Translations under genes and position numbers: made by a program | Origin: a virus | DNA length: 64,000 nucleotides | IMG/VR virus record: IMGVR_UViG_3300013094_000036 | Location: 8,149 to 72,148 of that record | Direction: 5' to 3' (one strand) | Notes under the pieces: generated by a model | Databases searched by the model: none | The model's input: only the letters and a program-made list of their open reading frames with translations | What the model was told of the DNA's origin: nothing | In this document: positions 27,084 to 38,050 of the stretch, piece by piece | Layout: each line of letters opens with the position of its first letter | How positions within the stretch are numbered: position 1 is the first letter of the stretch

Positions 27084-27392
27084 ATGACCAATGTAGAGAC
27101 AGTTGAGGATGTTGAGACCGTCACTAAAATGGTCATGCGTCCTCCTAAACAATTTAATGTTGTTTTATACAATGATGATACTACAACTGTAGAATTTGTA
27201 GTTCTTGTTCTTATGACTATCTTTCACAAGAACTTCAATGAGGCTAATGCACTTACTATTGCTATTCACGAAAATGGCAAGGGTATTGCTGGAACATATA
27301 GTTTAGAAGTTGCAAATCAGAAACACGATGACACAATCAGTGCTGCAAGATTAAATGGGTTCCCACTGCGATGCAGTGTACAAGAATGTTAA
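27084..27392 (+). CDS. clpS: ClpS N-end-rule adaptor
   Basis: VVLYNDDTTTVEFVV, IHENGKG and GFPL motifs. Confidence 0.93.
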   Translation: MTNVETVEDVETVTKMVMRPPKQFNVVLYNDDTTTVEFVVLVLMTIFHKNFNEANALTIAIHENGKGIAGTYSLEVANQKHDDTISAARLNGFPLRCSVQEC

Positions 27393-28231
27393 TTTTGAAT
27401 ATGCAAGGGTCTTTGACTTAAAATTTCAAAGAAACATTTGTCATCGGCATTGTTGAGTTTGTCATAGGAAAAATTTATCCCACTCCATACAGGACGATAA
27501 TACAGAGTGTTTTGACTGGGAACTAACGCCAACTGTCCAGTGGTTTTCATATAGCCTTCTCTATCGTCAATCCTACAGGGATTTAACTGCGGATTAGGAT
27601 CACTATGGTCAAGAATACATTCCATGCATTCATCCAGTGTAGTTGCGGTACTTAATCCCAATTCTGATTTAATTTTTCTAACTTCAGAACTTACACGTTT
27701 TCTACTGTGTCCTGGATCATCAGCAACACGTTGATATCCAGCCCATGGCAACAATATACCGTGATTTGTTCTGACACATGTGTTTGGAGATATTATTTCT
27801 TCAATTTTATAGACAAAATCACCGTTTCTATGACTACTCTCCAACATATAGCATTTATCACTGTTAAAAACTAATGTATGTCCAGTCAATTCATTTTTAA
27901 CAAGACTTTCGAGTGCAGATTGACAGCTCTGTTCTAACAATGCAGTTCGGATTTTTTTACCATCCGGACTTAAGTAATCACTTCTTGTACCTTCATGTGT
28001 TGTCTCCTGACCTTTTTCATCAGAGATGGTAGCCATACTGGCACTTATTATACTGACACCATTGGCATTTAGACCTTCAGTGTATCCAGTATTTTCATCC
28101 CAGATATAGATTCTTTCAATTCCATTTCTATGACTCTTACGAATGTTTATAGTGGGATAATATCCTCTATCGCGATTTTTTACACCTACCCAGCCTAATT
28201 TGGGCAGAAATTTTGCCATGATAACGCACAT
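27389..28231 (-). CDS. Ntn-hydrolase / C45-like peptidase
   Basis: N-terminal nucleophile Cys (MCV), KNRDR, EGLN and RTNHG motifs. Confidence 0.65.
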   Translation of the reverse strand: MCVIMAKFLPKLGWVGVKNRDRGYYPTINIRKSHRNGIERIYIWDENTGYTEGLNANGVSIISASMATISDEKGQETTHEGTRSDYLSPDGKKIRTALLEQSCQSALESLVKNELTGHTLVFNSDKCYMLESSHRNGDFVYKIEEIISPNTCVRTNHGILLPWAGYQRVADDPGHSRKRVSSEVRKIKSELGLSTATTLDECMECILDHSDPNPQLNPCRIDDREGYMKTTGQLALVPSQNTLYYRPVWSGINFSYDKLNNADDKCFFEILSQRPLHIQN

Positions 28232-28267
28232 GTTGATATTTAGTAGATTTTAGTTATATAATACATT

Positions 28268-28504
28268 ATGATAAATCGTCATTTATATCCAGATGATCCA
28301 AATTATCCAGCTAGCAAAAGACTATGGGTCAAAGATCCTGTTGATGGCGGAAAGGTTTTGAAAAACAGCAGCCGTGATATACTATTTGAATGGTGTGATA
28401 AAAACTGTTCAGGCCGTTATTGGGTGGGTATGGGTTTTATTGATTTCGAATTGGTGTCAGATTACACACTTGCAATTTTATCACTTAGCACGGTAGATGT
28501 TTGA
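28268..28504 (+). CDS. small W-rich paralog family protein
   Basis: EWCDKNC..RYW...FELVSD. Confidence 0.6.
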   Translation: MINRHLYPDDPNYPASKRLWVKDPVDGGKVLKNSSRDILFEWCDKNCSGRYWVGMGFIDFELVSDYTLAILSLSTVDV

Positions 28505-28717
28505 ATGGAAAATAAATGGTGCACCTTGAACAAAATTTCTTCTACAGGGTGTTATTATGTGCTGATTATAGATTGCGATTGGTACGACGCAGAATTTAAA
28601 AATATAATTTCTTGGTTTCGAGAAAATTCACCCCACTCAGTGCCAGTAAAAACCCAATATTTGATCAAATTTCCAAATCGGCAAGAATGGACCAATTGGC
28701 TACTAACATGGAGTTGA
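28505..28717 (+). CDS. small W-rich paralog family protein
   Basis: SWFREN...FPNRQEWTNWLLTWS. Confidence 0.6.
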   Translation: MENKWCTLNKISSTGCYYVLIIDCDWYDAEFKNIISWFRENSPHSVPVKTQYLIKFPNRQEWTNWLLTWS

Positions 28718-28792
28718 TGATTCGATATTAAGGTCTGTTATTTTCTGTTAATGACGGTATTTAAATAATACCTAGATTATGAGAAAATAACC

Positions 28793-29257
28793 ATGTTAAA
28801 GTATTTTACTTTCTTTATGTTGATACCAATAGTTGTAGTTGCTGCACCGCTGCCTGATTTTACATTTAAAAATCCTGCATTTAATGGCAACAATTATGGC
28901 ACATTTGAACTGCAGATTGAAAATACAGAATATACACGCCAACAGGCGGTAGAACAGGCTTTACAGGCTGCTAAACAGCAAGCAATAACTGCGGCCCAAA
29001 ACACACCCCTCAATCAATTTTTATCCAATCTTCAAAGTAGAATTTATGCAGAAATAAGTCAGAATTTGGCAACATCTATGTTTCAAGCTGGTACTGCCAC
29101 TTCTGGTAATTTTACCTTTCAGGGCAATACAATATTCTGGCAAAATCTAGGCAGTAGTATAAATTTAGTTGTCACTGACAATTTAGGTAATAGCACAACA
29201 ATAAATGTACCACTAGGTTCATTTACCTTCACACAGACAGTTCCAGGATCGCAATGA
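28793..29257 (+). CDS. csgF: curli assembly protein CsgF-like
   Basis: Signal peptide then FTFKNPAFNG; C-terminal TTINVP. Confidence 0.8.
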   Translation: MLKYFTFFMLIPIVVVAAPLPDFTFKNPAFNGNNYGTFELQIENTEYTRQQAVEQALQAAKQQAITAAQNTPLNQFLSNLQSRIYAEISQNLATSMFQAGTATSGNFTFQGNTIFWQNLGSSINLVVTDNLGNSTTINVPLGSFTFTQTVPGSQ

Positions 29258-30081
29258 TGACAAGACTTATATTTTTATCATTGGGTATCGTATCAATCTT
29301 GATTTTACCCAGCTGTGCTGTACTCCAAAAAACTGGACAGGAAATTGGAGTAGAATATAAACCAAAACTTGAACATATTTCTTTACAAAAAGAATTTGAT
29401 TCAATTCCGCCCCCTGCTAATGGAAAAATTACTGTTGCTGTGTATAACTTTAGAGATTTAACAGGACAACGAAAACCATCTGCAACATATGCAAGTTTCA
29501 GTACAGCAGTTACACAAGGGGCGGAACTATTTCTTATAAAAGCCCTGCAGGAAGTTGGACATGGAACTTGGTTTGATGTGGTTGAACGCACATCAGTGGA
29601 TGATTTAATAAAAGAACGAACAATAATAAAGCAGATGCGTGAAGCATATGAAGGTAAAAATTCACAACAATTGCCACCTATGCAATTTGCAGGAATTATT
29701 ATGGAAGGTGGCATTATTGGTTATGACAGTAGCATTGAATCAGGCGGTGCTGGCTATCAGTGGTTGGGAATAGGTCCCCAAACACAATACAGCAAAGATG
29801 TAGTTACTGTAAGTCTCCGAGCAGTATCAGTTGCAACTGGTAAAGTTCTAGTAAGTGTTTCTGTTACAAAAATTATCTACAGTACCGCTGACAACATAGC
29901 TGTGTTGAAAAGTTGGCAGCAAGGAACTCAGATTTTTATGGCAGAAACAGGGTTAACAATCAATGAACCTGTTTCACTTGCTGTGAAAACAACAATTGAA
30001 GCAGCAGTTGTTGAATTGATAAATGAAGGTAAACATAAAGGCGTCTGGTCATTTGCAACACCAGTGCAACAAGAAGAATAA
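29254..30081 (+). CDS. csgG: curli secretion channel CsgG-like lipoprotein
   Basis: Lipobox; VAVYNFRDLTGQRK, STAVTQG, WFDVVER and EGGIIGYD motifs. Confidence 0.92.
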   Translation: MMTRLIFLSLGIVSILILPSCAVLQKTGQEIGVEYKPKLEHISLQKEFDSIPPPANGKITVAVYNFRDLTGQRKPSATYASFSTAVTQGAELFLIKALQEVGHGTWFDVVERTSVDDLIKERTIIKQMREAYEGKNSQQLPPMQFAGIIMEGGIIGYDSSIESGGAGYQWLGIGPQTQYSKDVVTVSLRAVSVATGKVLVSVSVTKIIYSTADNIAVLKSWQQGTQIFMAETGLTINEPVSLAVKTTIEAAVVELINEGKHKGVWSFATPVQQEE

Positions 30082-30146
30082 CTGTTGTTATTATTGATAT
30101 CATGGATAGTATTAATAAATTTAAAATAATTGCCAAGGAAAAGCAC

Positions 30147-31025
30147 ATGAAATATCTATCAGTGAAGAATTTAGGTAAGATTTTAATGGCTTTCTGTGCC
30201 ATATATGCATCTGTAATTACCCTGGGACAGGCAGATGACAATAGTATATATATTCAACAGAGTGGCAACAACACTGTTGTCTCCATGGACCAAGAAGGCA
30301 CCGGCAACATTGTTCGCGGAATACAAGGCATAGGCAGCGATAACACAACACCTGCTAAGATTACAGGTGATTCCAACACAGTATCAGTAACGCAAATTGG
30401 TACAGGCAATACTTTAAATTTTGGTATCTCAACATTAATAGCAAATGGTGGTGTTTTTGGTGGCAATTTCAGTTACTCAGTGACAGGCAATAATGCCACC
30501 GCCACAATAGATTCAAATAAAGATGGGAATAATACAAGTCAAAGCAACAATGTGGTAATAGATCAATCAGGAAATTTTGCAAATGCCAATGTAAATGTCC
30601 TGGGAAGCCTTAACAGTGTAACTGCTACAACAAGTGGTGGTAATTACAACTCATATACAGGAACTGTCAATGGAAATAATAATACACAAAATGTTTCAGT
30701 ATCTCAGGGGGGAAACAACACTGTGGAAATTAATCAAGGTGTTGGAGGTTCAGCGGTTAATAACACGGTGTTAAATCTTGGTACAGTTGGAACAACTACA
30801 TACAACTATGGTGGTACTGCCAGTGTGACCATACAAGGTGACAGCAATTCTGCCAGTGTTCAACAATCAGGTGTAAATGGATTTACCAATACAACGGTTC
30901 TGAATCTAAATGGCAGTAGCAATACAGCAAATGTGGTTCAAAGTGCTGTGGGTGGTAATACCACTGTTAATATATCAAGTTATGGAAGCAGTAATATATT
31001 CACAGTAACAAGCAAAAATTATTGA
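30147..31025 (+). CDS. curlin-repeat protein (CsgA/CsgB-like)
   Basis: Signal peptide; repeated Q-x-G-x-x-N units. Confidence 0.75.
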   Translation: MKYLSVKNLGKILMAFCAIYASVITLGQADDNSIYIQQSGNNTVVSMDQEGTGNIVRGIQGIGSDNTTPAKITGDSNTVSVTQIGTGNTLNFGISTLIANGGVFGGNFSYSVTGNNATATIDSNKDGNNTSQSNNVVIDQSGNFANANVNVLGSLNSVTATTSGGNYNSYTGTVNGNNNTQNVSVSQGGNNTVEINQGVGGSAVNNTVLNLGTVGTTTYNYGGTASVTIQGDSNSASVQQSGVNGFTNTTVLNLNGSSNTANVVQSAVGGNTTVNISSYGSSNIFTVTSKNY

Positions 31026-32104
31026 TCAAGGAAAAGGCGTTGGAAAAAATCTTTACTGTATTTTTTCTCACAGCCATTGTCTGTTGTTTCACTCAAGCCA
31101 GAGCAGAAATTGGAATTATTTCTTCTCATGAAAATAATCCGGCACAAATCACACGCAGTGATAAAAAAATTGCAGGTGTTAAAGGTGTGACTGTTGAAAT
31201 GGCTGATATTGTGGAAACCACAGACGGAAAAGCGAATATTAAATTTAAAGATGATACCGTGGTGGAAGTAAATGATCACAGCAAACTGGAAATAGATGAG
31301 TTTGTCTATGATTCAAAAACACCGGCTGCGTCAAAACTTTCCATGAATTTTGCTGCAGGAACTTTGAGATATGCCAGTGGAGCCATTGCCCATAACAACC
31401 CAAGTCAAGTCGATATTCACACACCGAGTGCAACCATTGCAGTGCGAGGAACTGATTTTGCAGCCACCACCGATGAAACAGGTGCAAGCACTATTATACT
31501 GTTACCTAGCTGTCCAACACACTGGCAAGATATAAACAATGACTGCAAAACTGGAATAATTGATGTGTATAACAGTGAAGGTTCGGTTACACTTACAAAA
31601 CCATTTGAAGGCACCAAAATACAAAACAGCAGCATTTCTCCAAGCAAACCGGTTACTTTAAATCTTTCTTTTGGAGCAATTAACAATTTATTAATTGTTA
31701 GTCCACCTGCTGGATTGAATAATTCTACTGCTAAAAGCGGAAAGTCTAAAAATGATCTGAATATGAATTTTTTAGAAGATAGTGCAGACTTATTGGATAA
31801 CATTTTTGTGGCAATAAAAGAAAATACAGATAATAGTCTGCAAACAAGTAGTTATTCAATCAATAACAATGAAGATGCAGCAATACTGCGGGTTTTCCCA
31901 GAATATAAAAAATCCTCTGGTGTTCAACCCAAAATTGACTCAACTGAAGAGCAACTTTGCCGACAAGATGGGGTACATAATACACAGTGCATAGGTATTC
32001 CTGCTGGACAAAATACTGCAATTACACAAACACAGAAAAATATCACTGTGATAAACAGAGCATATAGTGGCGGAAATTCAACTATTATATTGAAGCAGAA
32101 TTAA
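31022..32104 (+). CDS. FecR-domain protein
   Basis: IKFKDDTVVEVNDHSKLEIDEFVYD and TPSATIAVRGTDF motifs. Confidence 0.85.
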   Translation: MIKEKALEKIFTVFFLTAIVCCFTQARAEIGIISSHENNPAQITRSDKKIAGVKGVTVEMADIVETTDGKANIKFKDDTVVEVNDHSKLEIDEFVYDSKTPAASKLSMNFAAGTLRYASGAIAHNNPSQVDIHTPSATIAVRGTDFAATTDETGASTIILLPSCPTHWQDINNDCKTGIIDVYNSEGSVTLTKPFEGTKIQNSSISPSKPVTLNLSFGAINNLLIVSPPAGLNNSTAKSGKSKNDLNMNFLEDSADLLDNIFVAIKENTDNSLQTSSYSINNNEDAAILRVFPEYKKSSGVQPKIDSTEEQLCRQDGVHNTQCIGIPAGQNTAITQTQKNITVINRAYSGGNSTIILKQN

Positions 32105-32105
32105 T

Positions 32106-32909
32106 ATGAGAAACTTTTTTTGCTGGTTTATTATTTTTATTTCGTTTTTGCCAAGTATTGCGTGGTCACAAACAGCAAGTGAACTGGAACAGATAAAATA
32201 TAACTCAGCCCAAATTGCTCGTTTAGGAATTGTAGATAACACAATAATTTTAAACAACATTGGAAATGCAAATCAAATTTACATTGAACAAGTTGGTAAT
32301 AATCAATCGGTATCAGGAATAGGACAACTATCAGTGCCAATTACTGGCAATAACAACACCATTACATTGCATCAAGGTGATACTATTTCTCATCAACCGC
32401 AAAATCTGGTTGCAATGAGTGTAAATGGCAACTTTAATTCATTAAACTTAAATCAAGGTCCCGATTTAACAGGAACCAGCACAGGCACAGATCAAGGTTC
32501 GCATTATCAACTTATTGCTGTGAATGGTGACTCGAACACGATTTCAACTGCACAAACTGGATTCAATCATTATGCAGAGGTCAATATTACTGGCAGTTAC
32601 AATTCCCAAACACTACTGCAAACAGGCAGTAATCATCAGGCATACACTGCAATTAACGGCAACAACAATAATTTAATTACTACACAGACAGGTTCAGGTG
32701 GTCATGTTGTTGATGTAAGTCTTGCTGGCAACAATAGCGGTGTGAATGTCACACAAACTGGAGAATTACAAAATCGTGCCACTGTATCTATTACAAATAC
32801 TGGAGGTCCTACAGGATTGAATTTAACCCAATCAGGTGGAGCATCATTTTATATGCAACAGACCTGTATTTCCACTGCTGGCTGTGGAATAACCACTGTA
32901 AAACAATAA
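32106..32909 (+). CDS. curlin-repeat protein
   Basis: Signal peptide; GNxN...QTG repeats. Confidence 0.75.
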   Translation: MRNFFCWFIIFISFLPSIAWSQTASELEQIKYNSAQIARLGIVDNTIILNNIGNANQIYIEQVGNNQSVSGIGQLSVPITGNNNTITLHQGDTISHQPQNLVAMSVNGNFNSLNLNQGPDLTGTSTGTDQGSHYQLIAVNGDSNTISTAQTGFNHYAEVNITGSYNSQTLLQTGSNHQAYTAINGNNNNLITTQTGSGGHVVDVSLAGNNSGVNVTQTGELQNRATVSITNTGGPTGLNLTQSGGASFYMQQTCISTAGCGITTVKQ

Positions 32910-32931
32910 TCGTTATTCCATAAATAATTTT

Positions 32932-34986
32932 ATGTTTAAGAAAATCGCAATATCCCCATGGATGGCCTGTGTTACTTTGGTGTTGCTACTTGTGGTTCGG
33001 GCAATGGATCCTAGTTTTGTACAAAGTGTGCGACTGCGTTATTTTGACACACTGATCACCTCTCAGCCCAGACAAGAAAACAATATAGTGGTGGCAGACA
33101 TAGATGAAAAAACACTAGACAAACTGGGTCAATGGCCATTCAAGCGTGATGAATACGCCAAAATCATTGATGAGTTATATTCACATGGTGCTGGCCTGGT
33201 GGTCTGGGATGTATTGATGCCAGAACATGATAGACTGGGAGGCGATGATGTATTAGCAGAAACACTAAAACACCACAAGGTAGTTCTAGTAAATGTGCCT
33301 GCTGCACAACAAAAGAATTTACCTCGCAAACCAGGCTCTACTATAATCAACAGTCAGTTTAGTGATGTGATAATGCAATATCCTGGTATTATTGCCAACA
33401 TTCCCGAACTGGAATCTACCGCTGCTGGTATCGGTACAACACATACCCTGCCTGAAATTGATGGAGTAAATCGTCGCTTGCCATTGGTGGTTGCCAGTCA
33501 AGGACAATTATTTCCCAGTCTTGCCATGGAAGTGCTGCGTCTAGCAGCAGGTGACAAAGGTTTTCAATTGAAACTCAGTGAAATTGGTGTTGATAAACTT
33601 CGTATTCCTAAATTTGGTCCAATCTCAACAGACCCGCTCGGTAGAATATGGATTGACTGGAGCCAGGGCTATAAAACTATTTCTGTCAGTGCAATACCTG
33701 AGAATTTGCAAGGTGCAATAGTAATAGTTGGTGCCAGTGCAGCAGGCATAGCAAATCCTGTTGCCACTGCGAAGGGAGCAGTATTTCCTCAAGATTTACA
33801 AGCCACTGTGATAGGTACGCTGGCCAACAAGGTCAATATAACCAGACCAGACTATGCAGACGGTGCTGAGATTTTAACCATTTTTGCCATTGGATTGTTG
33901 ATAATAGTAATATCCACATGGACATGGGCGTTTGTTCCCATCATAGTATTGCTGATAGCAAGCCATTTTGCTGCCGCATATGTATATGAAAAATATAGAA
34001 TTTTAATAGATATTACTGGTTTTTTATTTTCAATAGCAATAGTGTATATGCATGCTTACACTGTCAAGTTTGTTAGAGAATATCTACAGAAACAGCAGAT
34101 CAAAAAACAATTTGAGCATTATTTGGCACCGACTATGGTAAAAAAATTACAGCAAAATCCTGCTTTGTTAAAATTAGGCGGAGATACCAGAGAACTAACA
34201 ATACTATTTTGTGATATTAGAGGTTTTACTCCGATTAGTGAGCAATACAAAACAAATCCACAAGGTCTTACAAGATTAGTTAATAGGTTCCTAACTCCCA
34301 TGACAGACATTATCATGCGTAATGAAGGAACTATAGACAAATATATGGGGGATTGTATTATGGCATTTTGGAATGCACCTATAGCAGTTCCGCAGCAACA
34401 AGAGCAGGCTGTGAAAAGTGCCACGGAAATGTTGAAACATTTGACCTTGTTAAATGCTGAATTAACCCAAGAAGGTCTATTACCCATCAACATAGGTATA
34501 GGAATCAACACTGGTGAAGTTGTTGTGGGAAACATGGGCAGTAATCAAAGATTTGATTACAGTTGTCTGGGAGATGCTGTAAATCTTGCCAGCAGACTAG
34601 AAGGTCAGAGTAAAGAATATGGTGTCAAAATCATACTTGGTCATGACACTGTGCAAGCACTTGGTGGTAATTGGGTTCCTGTGGAATTGGATAACATTGC
34701 TGTCAAGGGCAAAATAGAAGGTGTGAAAATATTTACAATTATCAGTCATCACAGCAAGAGTCGCCCACAAAATATAACCATTGCCATGAGTCAGCATGAA
34801 AAGTTTTTATCTGCATACAGAACACAACGCTGGGATAGAGCACTGATATTGGGCAAAAGCCTCACTTCTGCATGGAATAGTGAATTAAAAGATTATTACA
34901 AAATGATGATAAACCGTATTGAGCAACTGAAACAAGATCCACCTGGTGCTGACTGGGACACAATTTATCGTTCAAAAACCAAGTGA
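32932..34986 (+). CDS. CHASE2-domain class III adenylate/guanylate cyclase
   Basis: GQWPFKR CHASE2, TM helices, FCDIRGFT, IDKYMGDCIMAFWNAP and GDAVNLASRLEG motifs. Confidence 0.93.
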   Translation: MFKKIAISPWMACVTLVLLLVVRAMDPSFVQSVRLRYFDTLITSQPRQENNIVVADIDEKTLDKLGQWPFKRDEYAKIIDELYSHGAGLVVWDVLMPEHDRLGGDDVLAETLKHHKVVLVNVPAAQQKNLPRKPGSTIINSQFSDVIMQYPGIIANIPELESTAAGIGTTHTLPEIDGVNRRLPLVVASQGQLFPSLAMEVLRLAAGDKGFQLKLSEIGVDKLRIPKFGPISTDPLGRIWIDWSQGYKTISVSAIPENLQGAIVIVGASAAGIANPVATAKGAVFPQDLQATVIGTLANKVNITRPDYADGAEILTIFAIGLLIIVISTWTWAFVPIIVLLIASHFAAAYVYEKYRILIDITGFLFSIAIVYMHAYTVKFVREYLQKQQIKKQFEHYLAPTMVKKLQQNPALLKLGGDTRELTILFCDIRGFTPISEQYKTNPQGLTRLVNRFLTPMTDIIMRNEGTIDKYMGDCIMAFWNAPIAVPQQQEQAVKSATEMLKHLTLLNAELTQEGLLPINIGIGINTGEVVVGNMGSNQRFDYSCLGDAVNLASRLEGQSKEYGVKIILGHDTVQALGGNWVPVELDNIAVKGKIEGVKIFTIISHHSKSRPQNITIAMSQHEKFLSAYRTQRWDRALILGKSLTSAWNSELKDYYKMMINRIEQLKQDPPGADWDTIYRSKTK

Positions 34987-34987
34987 A

Positions 34988-35323
34988 CTAGCCATTCCCA
35001 GCAGATGCTTCATTTTCTTCATCAGATTTCTTTTTTTCGTGTGCTCGTTGATTGATAATTTTTTCAGCCTCGACACGCTCATGTTCGATGGTTTTGCCAC
35101 GAAGATACAACACCGTATTGACCTTTTGATTGAGCCTTATAAGATCATTGTCTAATACTCTGATGCGATCAATCAATGCAATCAACACACCGTTTGCATC
35201 ACTTAATACAGGTTTTACTTCTTGTGTACACCATTCCCACACACGATGTATTATAAATCCCATGCCAACTGCCATCACAACAGGGAATCCATATTTGGTT
35301 ATTATGTCTGCTATTTCGTTCAT
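34988..35323 (-). CDS. small membrane protein
   Basis: KYGFPVV TM; LIDRIRVLDNDLIRL; paralog of the neighbouring gene. Confidence 0.75.
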   Translation of the reverse strand: MNEIADIITKYGFPVVMAVGMGFIIHRVWEWCTQEVKPVLSDANGVLIALIDRIRVLDNDLIRLNQKVNTVLYLRGKTIEHERVEAEKIINQRAHEKKKSDEENEASAGNG

Positions 35324-35341
35324 AAATTGTAATTCCTTGTT

Positions 35342-35623
35342 TCAGTCTCTTCTAGCATCTGTTTTGCCATCAGCACGGCCAATTCTATCTAAATCTGGCC
35401 GGATACCCAATGCACTTGAAACCAAAGTATCAATGCGTATAACATCTGCATTCATGGTTTTAACCCGATTATCCAGTGCTGTGATAATACCTGCCATGCC
35501 TTTTATGCTGCTGAGCACGCCACCCAACAGCAATTTGATAGTGAGATAAACAAAGTATCCTCCTGCAATGGCAGCCACTACTGGAAATCCCAAATCACCA
35601 ATAAGTTTAAAAATTTCTGTCAT
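35342..35623 (-). CDS. small membrane protein
   Basis: DLGFPVV TM; LDNRVKTMNADVIRID. Confidence 0.75.
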   Translation of the reverse strand: MTEIFKLIGDLGFPVVAAIAGGYFVYLTIKLLLGGVLSSIKGMAGIITALDNRVKTMNADVIRIDTLVSSALGIRPDLDRIGRADGKTDARRD

Positions 35624-35749
35624 AAAAACTTTCCTTTTTCAAAAATTATTTAAATTATCAATAAGATAGTTATCCGCGTATTTTATTGTCATAGAGCATC
35701 AGAGTGTGTTATTGTATAGTTATTATACTTAAAAAATCTGGAGAACTTG

Positions 35750-36682
35750 ATGAAAATTGTTTGCGGTAATTCAAATATACCATTTGGTGAATCTATATCC
35801 ACTGTATTGAAGACACCATTAACAAAATCAACAATTAAGCGATTTGCAGACAAGGAAATTAGTGTAGAGATAACCGAAAATATCCGAGGTTCTGATGTTT
35901 TTGTAATTCAAAGCACAAGTTATCCAGCCAATGATAATCTCATGGAACTGTTATTAATACTTGATGCTCTCCGTAGAAGTTCGGCAAAGAGAGTTACCGC
36001 TGTTATCCCATATTTTGGTTATGCAAGACAAGATAGAAAAAGTGGACCAAGAACACCAATTTCAGCAAAATTAGTAGCCAATCTTATTACACAGGCAGGT
36101 GCTGACAGAATTCTCACTCTTGATTTACATGCTGGGCAAATTCAAGGTTTTTTTGATATTCCAGTTGATAATTTATATGCTGCACCTCTATTTGCAAAGG
36201 ATATCAATCAGCGATATCAGCAGCAATTACCACTGGTGATTTCACCAGATGTCGGCGGAGTTACTCGTGCCCGTCAACTGGCAACTCGAATAAACAGTGA
36301 TTTGGCAATAATTGACAAGCGTAGAGAAAGAGCAGGTGTATCAGAAGTGATGAATGTTATTGGCGATGTTTCTGACAGAGATTGTATTTTGATAGATGAC
36401 ATTGTTGACAGTGGAGGAACTTTGATAAATGCTGCAAAAGCACTGATTCAACGAGGTGCCAAATCGGTTGAAGTTTATGTTACACATGGTGTTCTAAGTG
36501 GTGATGCAGTTAAAAGAATTAACGACAGCGATATAAGACAAGTCTCTATCACAGATAGTATCTTTGCCACACAACCTGTAAATGTTTCACAGAAAATTCG
36601 TCATTTAACAGTTGCACCATTATTTGCAGATGCCATGGCAAGAATTCATGATGAGCGTAGTGTCAGTTCTCTGTTTGATTAA
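35750..36682 (+). CDS. prs: ribose-phosphate pyrophosphokinase
   Basis: [28 protein letters not shown] and DDIVDSGGT motifs. Confidence 0.97.
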   Translation: MKIVCGNSNIPFGESISTVLKTPLTKSTIKRFADKEISVEITENIRGSDVFVIQSTSYPANDNLMELLLILDALRRSSAKRVTAVIPYFGYARQDRKSGPRTPISAKLVANLITQAGADRILTLDLHAGQIQGFFDIPVDNLYAAPLFAKDINQRYQQQLPLVISPDVGGVTRARQLATRINSDLAIIDKRRERAGVSEVMNVIGDVSDRDCILIDDIVDSGGTLINAAKALIQRGAKSVEVYVTHGVLSGDAVKRINDSDIRQVSITDSIFATQPVNVSQKIRHLTVAPLFADAMARIHDERSVSSLFD

Positions 36683-37358
36683 GGGTGTGTAGTGGTGTAT
36701 ATGGTCTAACTGTGGATTCTATCACAGGCTCCCACCAATGCACTTTGTTGACTATATGAGGAACTCCATGGGGTGAATGAACATGTGCTGATTTTTTGGA
36801 ACCATGCTCAACATAATAGAGTTTGTTCTTTTTATGGTCATATTTAAACTTGCGAATTTCAACTGTAATATGACTATCAGCCATCCAAAAATCTAACTTA
36901 TGTCTTGGATTAAATTCGCTCCATAATTCCCAACCAAAACTGAGAAAAGGTTTTTTATCCAAAGAGCGTATCTCATCAATAGAAGTAAGAGCAAGTTGAT
37001 GTTTAATATGCCACCATGTATTGCCCAACAACTTGCACAATAACAGAGAAATTTTCTTGAAAAAAGGCAATTCTGCTTTTAATTTTGTTTCAACTGTTGT
37101 CAAATCTATGTGTTCTACTCGTGCAAATTTAGATTTTAATAACCTTGCGAGAGCAAGTGGGGAAGTGACAACCATATGTAGAAATTTTACCAAGGTAATA
37201 AAAAATTTGTGAATTATGTTTTTGATAAAATTTCCAATCTTACTTAATATTTTGCATAAAATCTTCAACAAAGATCCTATAAAAACATGGTACATAATAA
37301 CAAGAAGAGAAGGTTGTTTATTTCTAACTGCCATGAACTTATTTATTACAAACAACAA
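36663..37358 (-). CDS. hypothetical protein
   Basis: 231 aa ORF; start uncertain. Confidence 0.55.
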   Translation of the reverse strand: MLFVINKFMAVRNKQPSLLVIMYHVFIGSLLKILCKILSKIGNFIKNIIHKFFITLVKFLHMVVTSPLALARLLKSKFARVEHIDLTTVETKLKAELPFFKKISLLLCKLLGNTWWHIKHQLALTSIDEIRSLDKKPFLSFGWELWSEFNPRHKLDFWMADSHITVEIRKFKYDHKKNKLYYVEHGSKKSAHVHSPHGVPHIVNKVHWWEPVIESTVRPYTPLHTLNQTEN

Positions 37359-37409
37359 ACATGATATAAAAAAATATAAATATGCTCAATATAGAAAATT
37401 GAGGTCATC

Positions 37410-38033
37410 ATGGACAATTATACTGAAATTAAAAAATTTAAAACGATTCTGGAATCAGTTGAAGCACAATCAATGACATTTCATGACCAAGATATGGAAG
37501 AAGGAAACGAATTTTCTGGTGCTAGAGCAGCAGCAATAAAAGCAGGCAAAGACACATTTACAGTTGACGGTAAAACATATCATGTAACTGGTGATAAAAA
37601 AATAGATGAATCTGCTTATACATATAAAGACGATGAAATAAGTGATTTACATAAAGATGTTTATGGCTACCGTCCAAAAGAACATTTCTGGAACGAATGG
37701 CATAATGCCACACCCGATGAAAAACAAGATATTTGGAATGGATTAGTGAAAAATATAGATTCAAATGATGAGGAAATGGACACAGATTCAGAGCCACTAT
37801 CATTTATGAGTCACAGTGATGATTTCGATTCACCATACTATGACGATGACATGAAGGTTGAATCATCAGAGGATATTGCAGATTGGGACACTCTTGCTTT
37901 GGAAGCAAGGCATGATATTAATTCACAATGGAAACAAACATTTGAAAAAACTGATATCACAGTGAAAAATGTGGAAACAACATCAGACCAAAATATTCAA
38001 AGATTACAAGAATTAAGTGGAATCAACAAATAA
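37410..38033 (+). CDS. acidic putative virion/internal protein
   Basis: TATAAATA upstream; EEGNEFSGAR motif; C-terminal RLQELSGI. Confidence 0.65.
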   Translation: MDNYTEIKKFKTILESVEAQSMTFHDQDMEEGNEFSGARAAAIKAGKDTFTVDGKTYHVTGDKKIDESAYTYKDDEISDLHKDVYGYRPKEHFWNEWHNATPDEKQDIWNGLVKNIDSNDEEMDTDSEPLSFMSHSDDFDSPYYDDDMKVESSEDIADWDTLALEARHDINSQWKQTFEKTDITVKNVETTSDQNIQRLQELSGINK

Positions 38034-38050
38034 CAAACAAGGTTGGTCCT

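Noticed and set aside
7988-35549. Numerous antisense or alternate-frame ORFs within long genes (e.g. 7988, 10225, 17791, 29229, 31417, 34119, 35130)
   Set aside because: They are shadows of well-supported genes on the other strand or frame, with no motifs or SD
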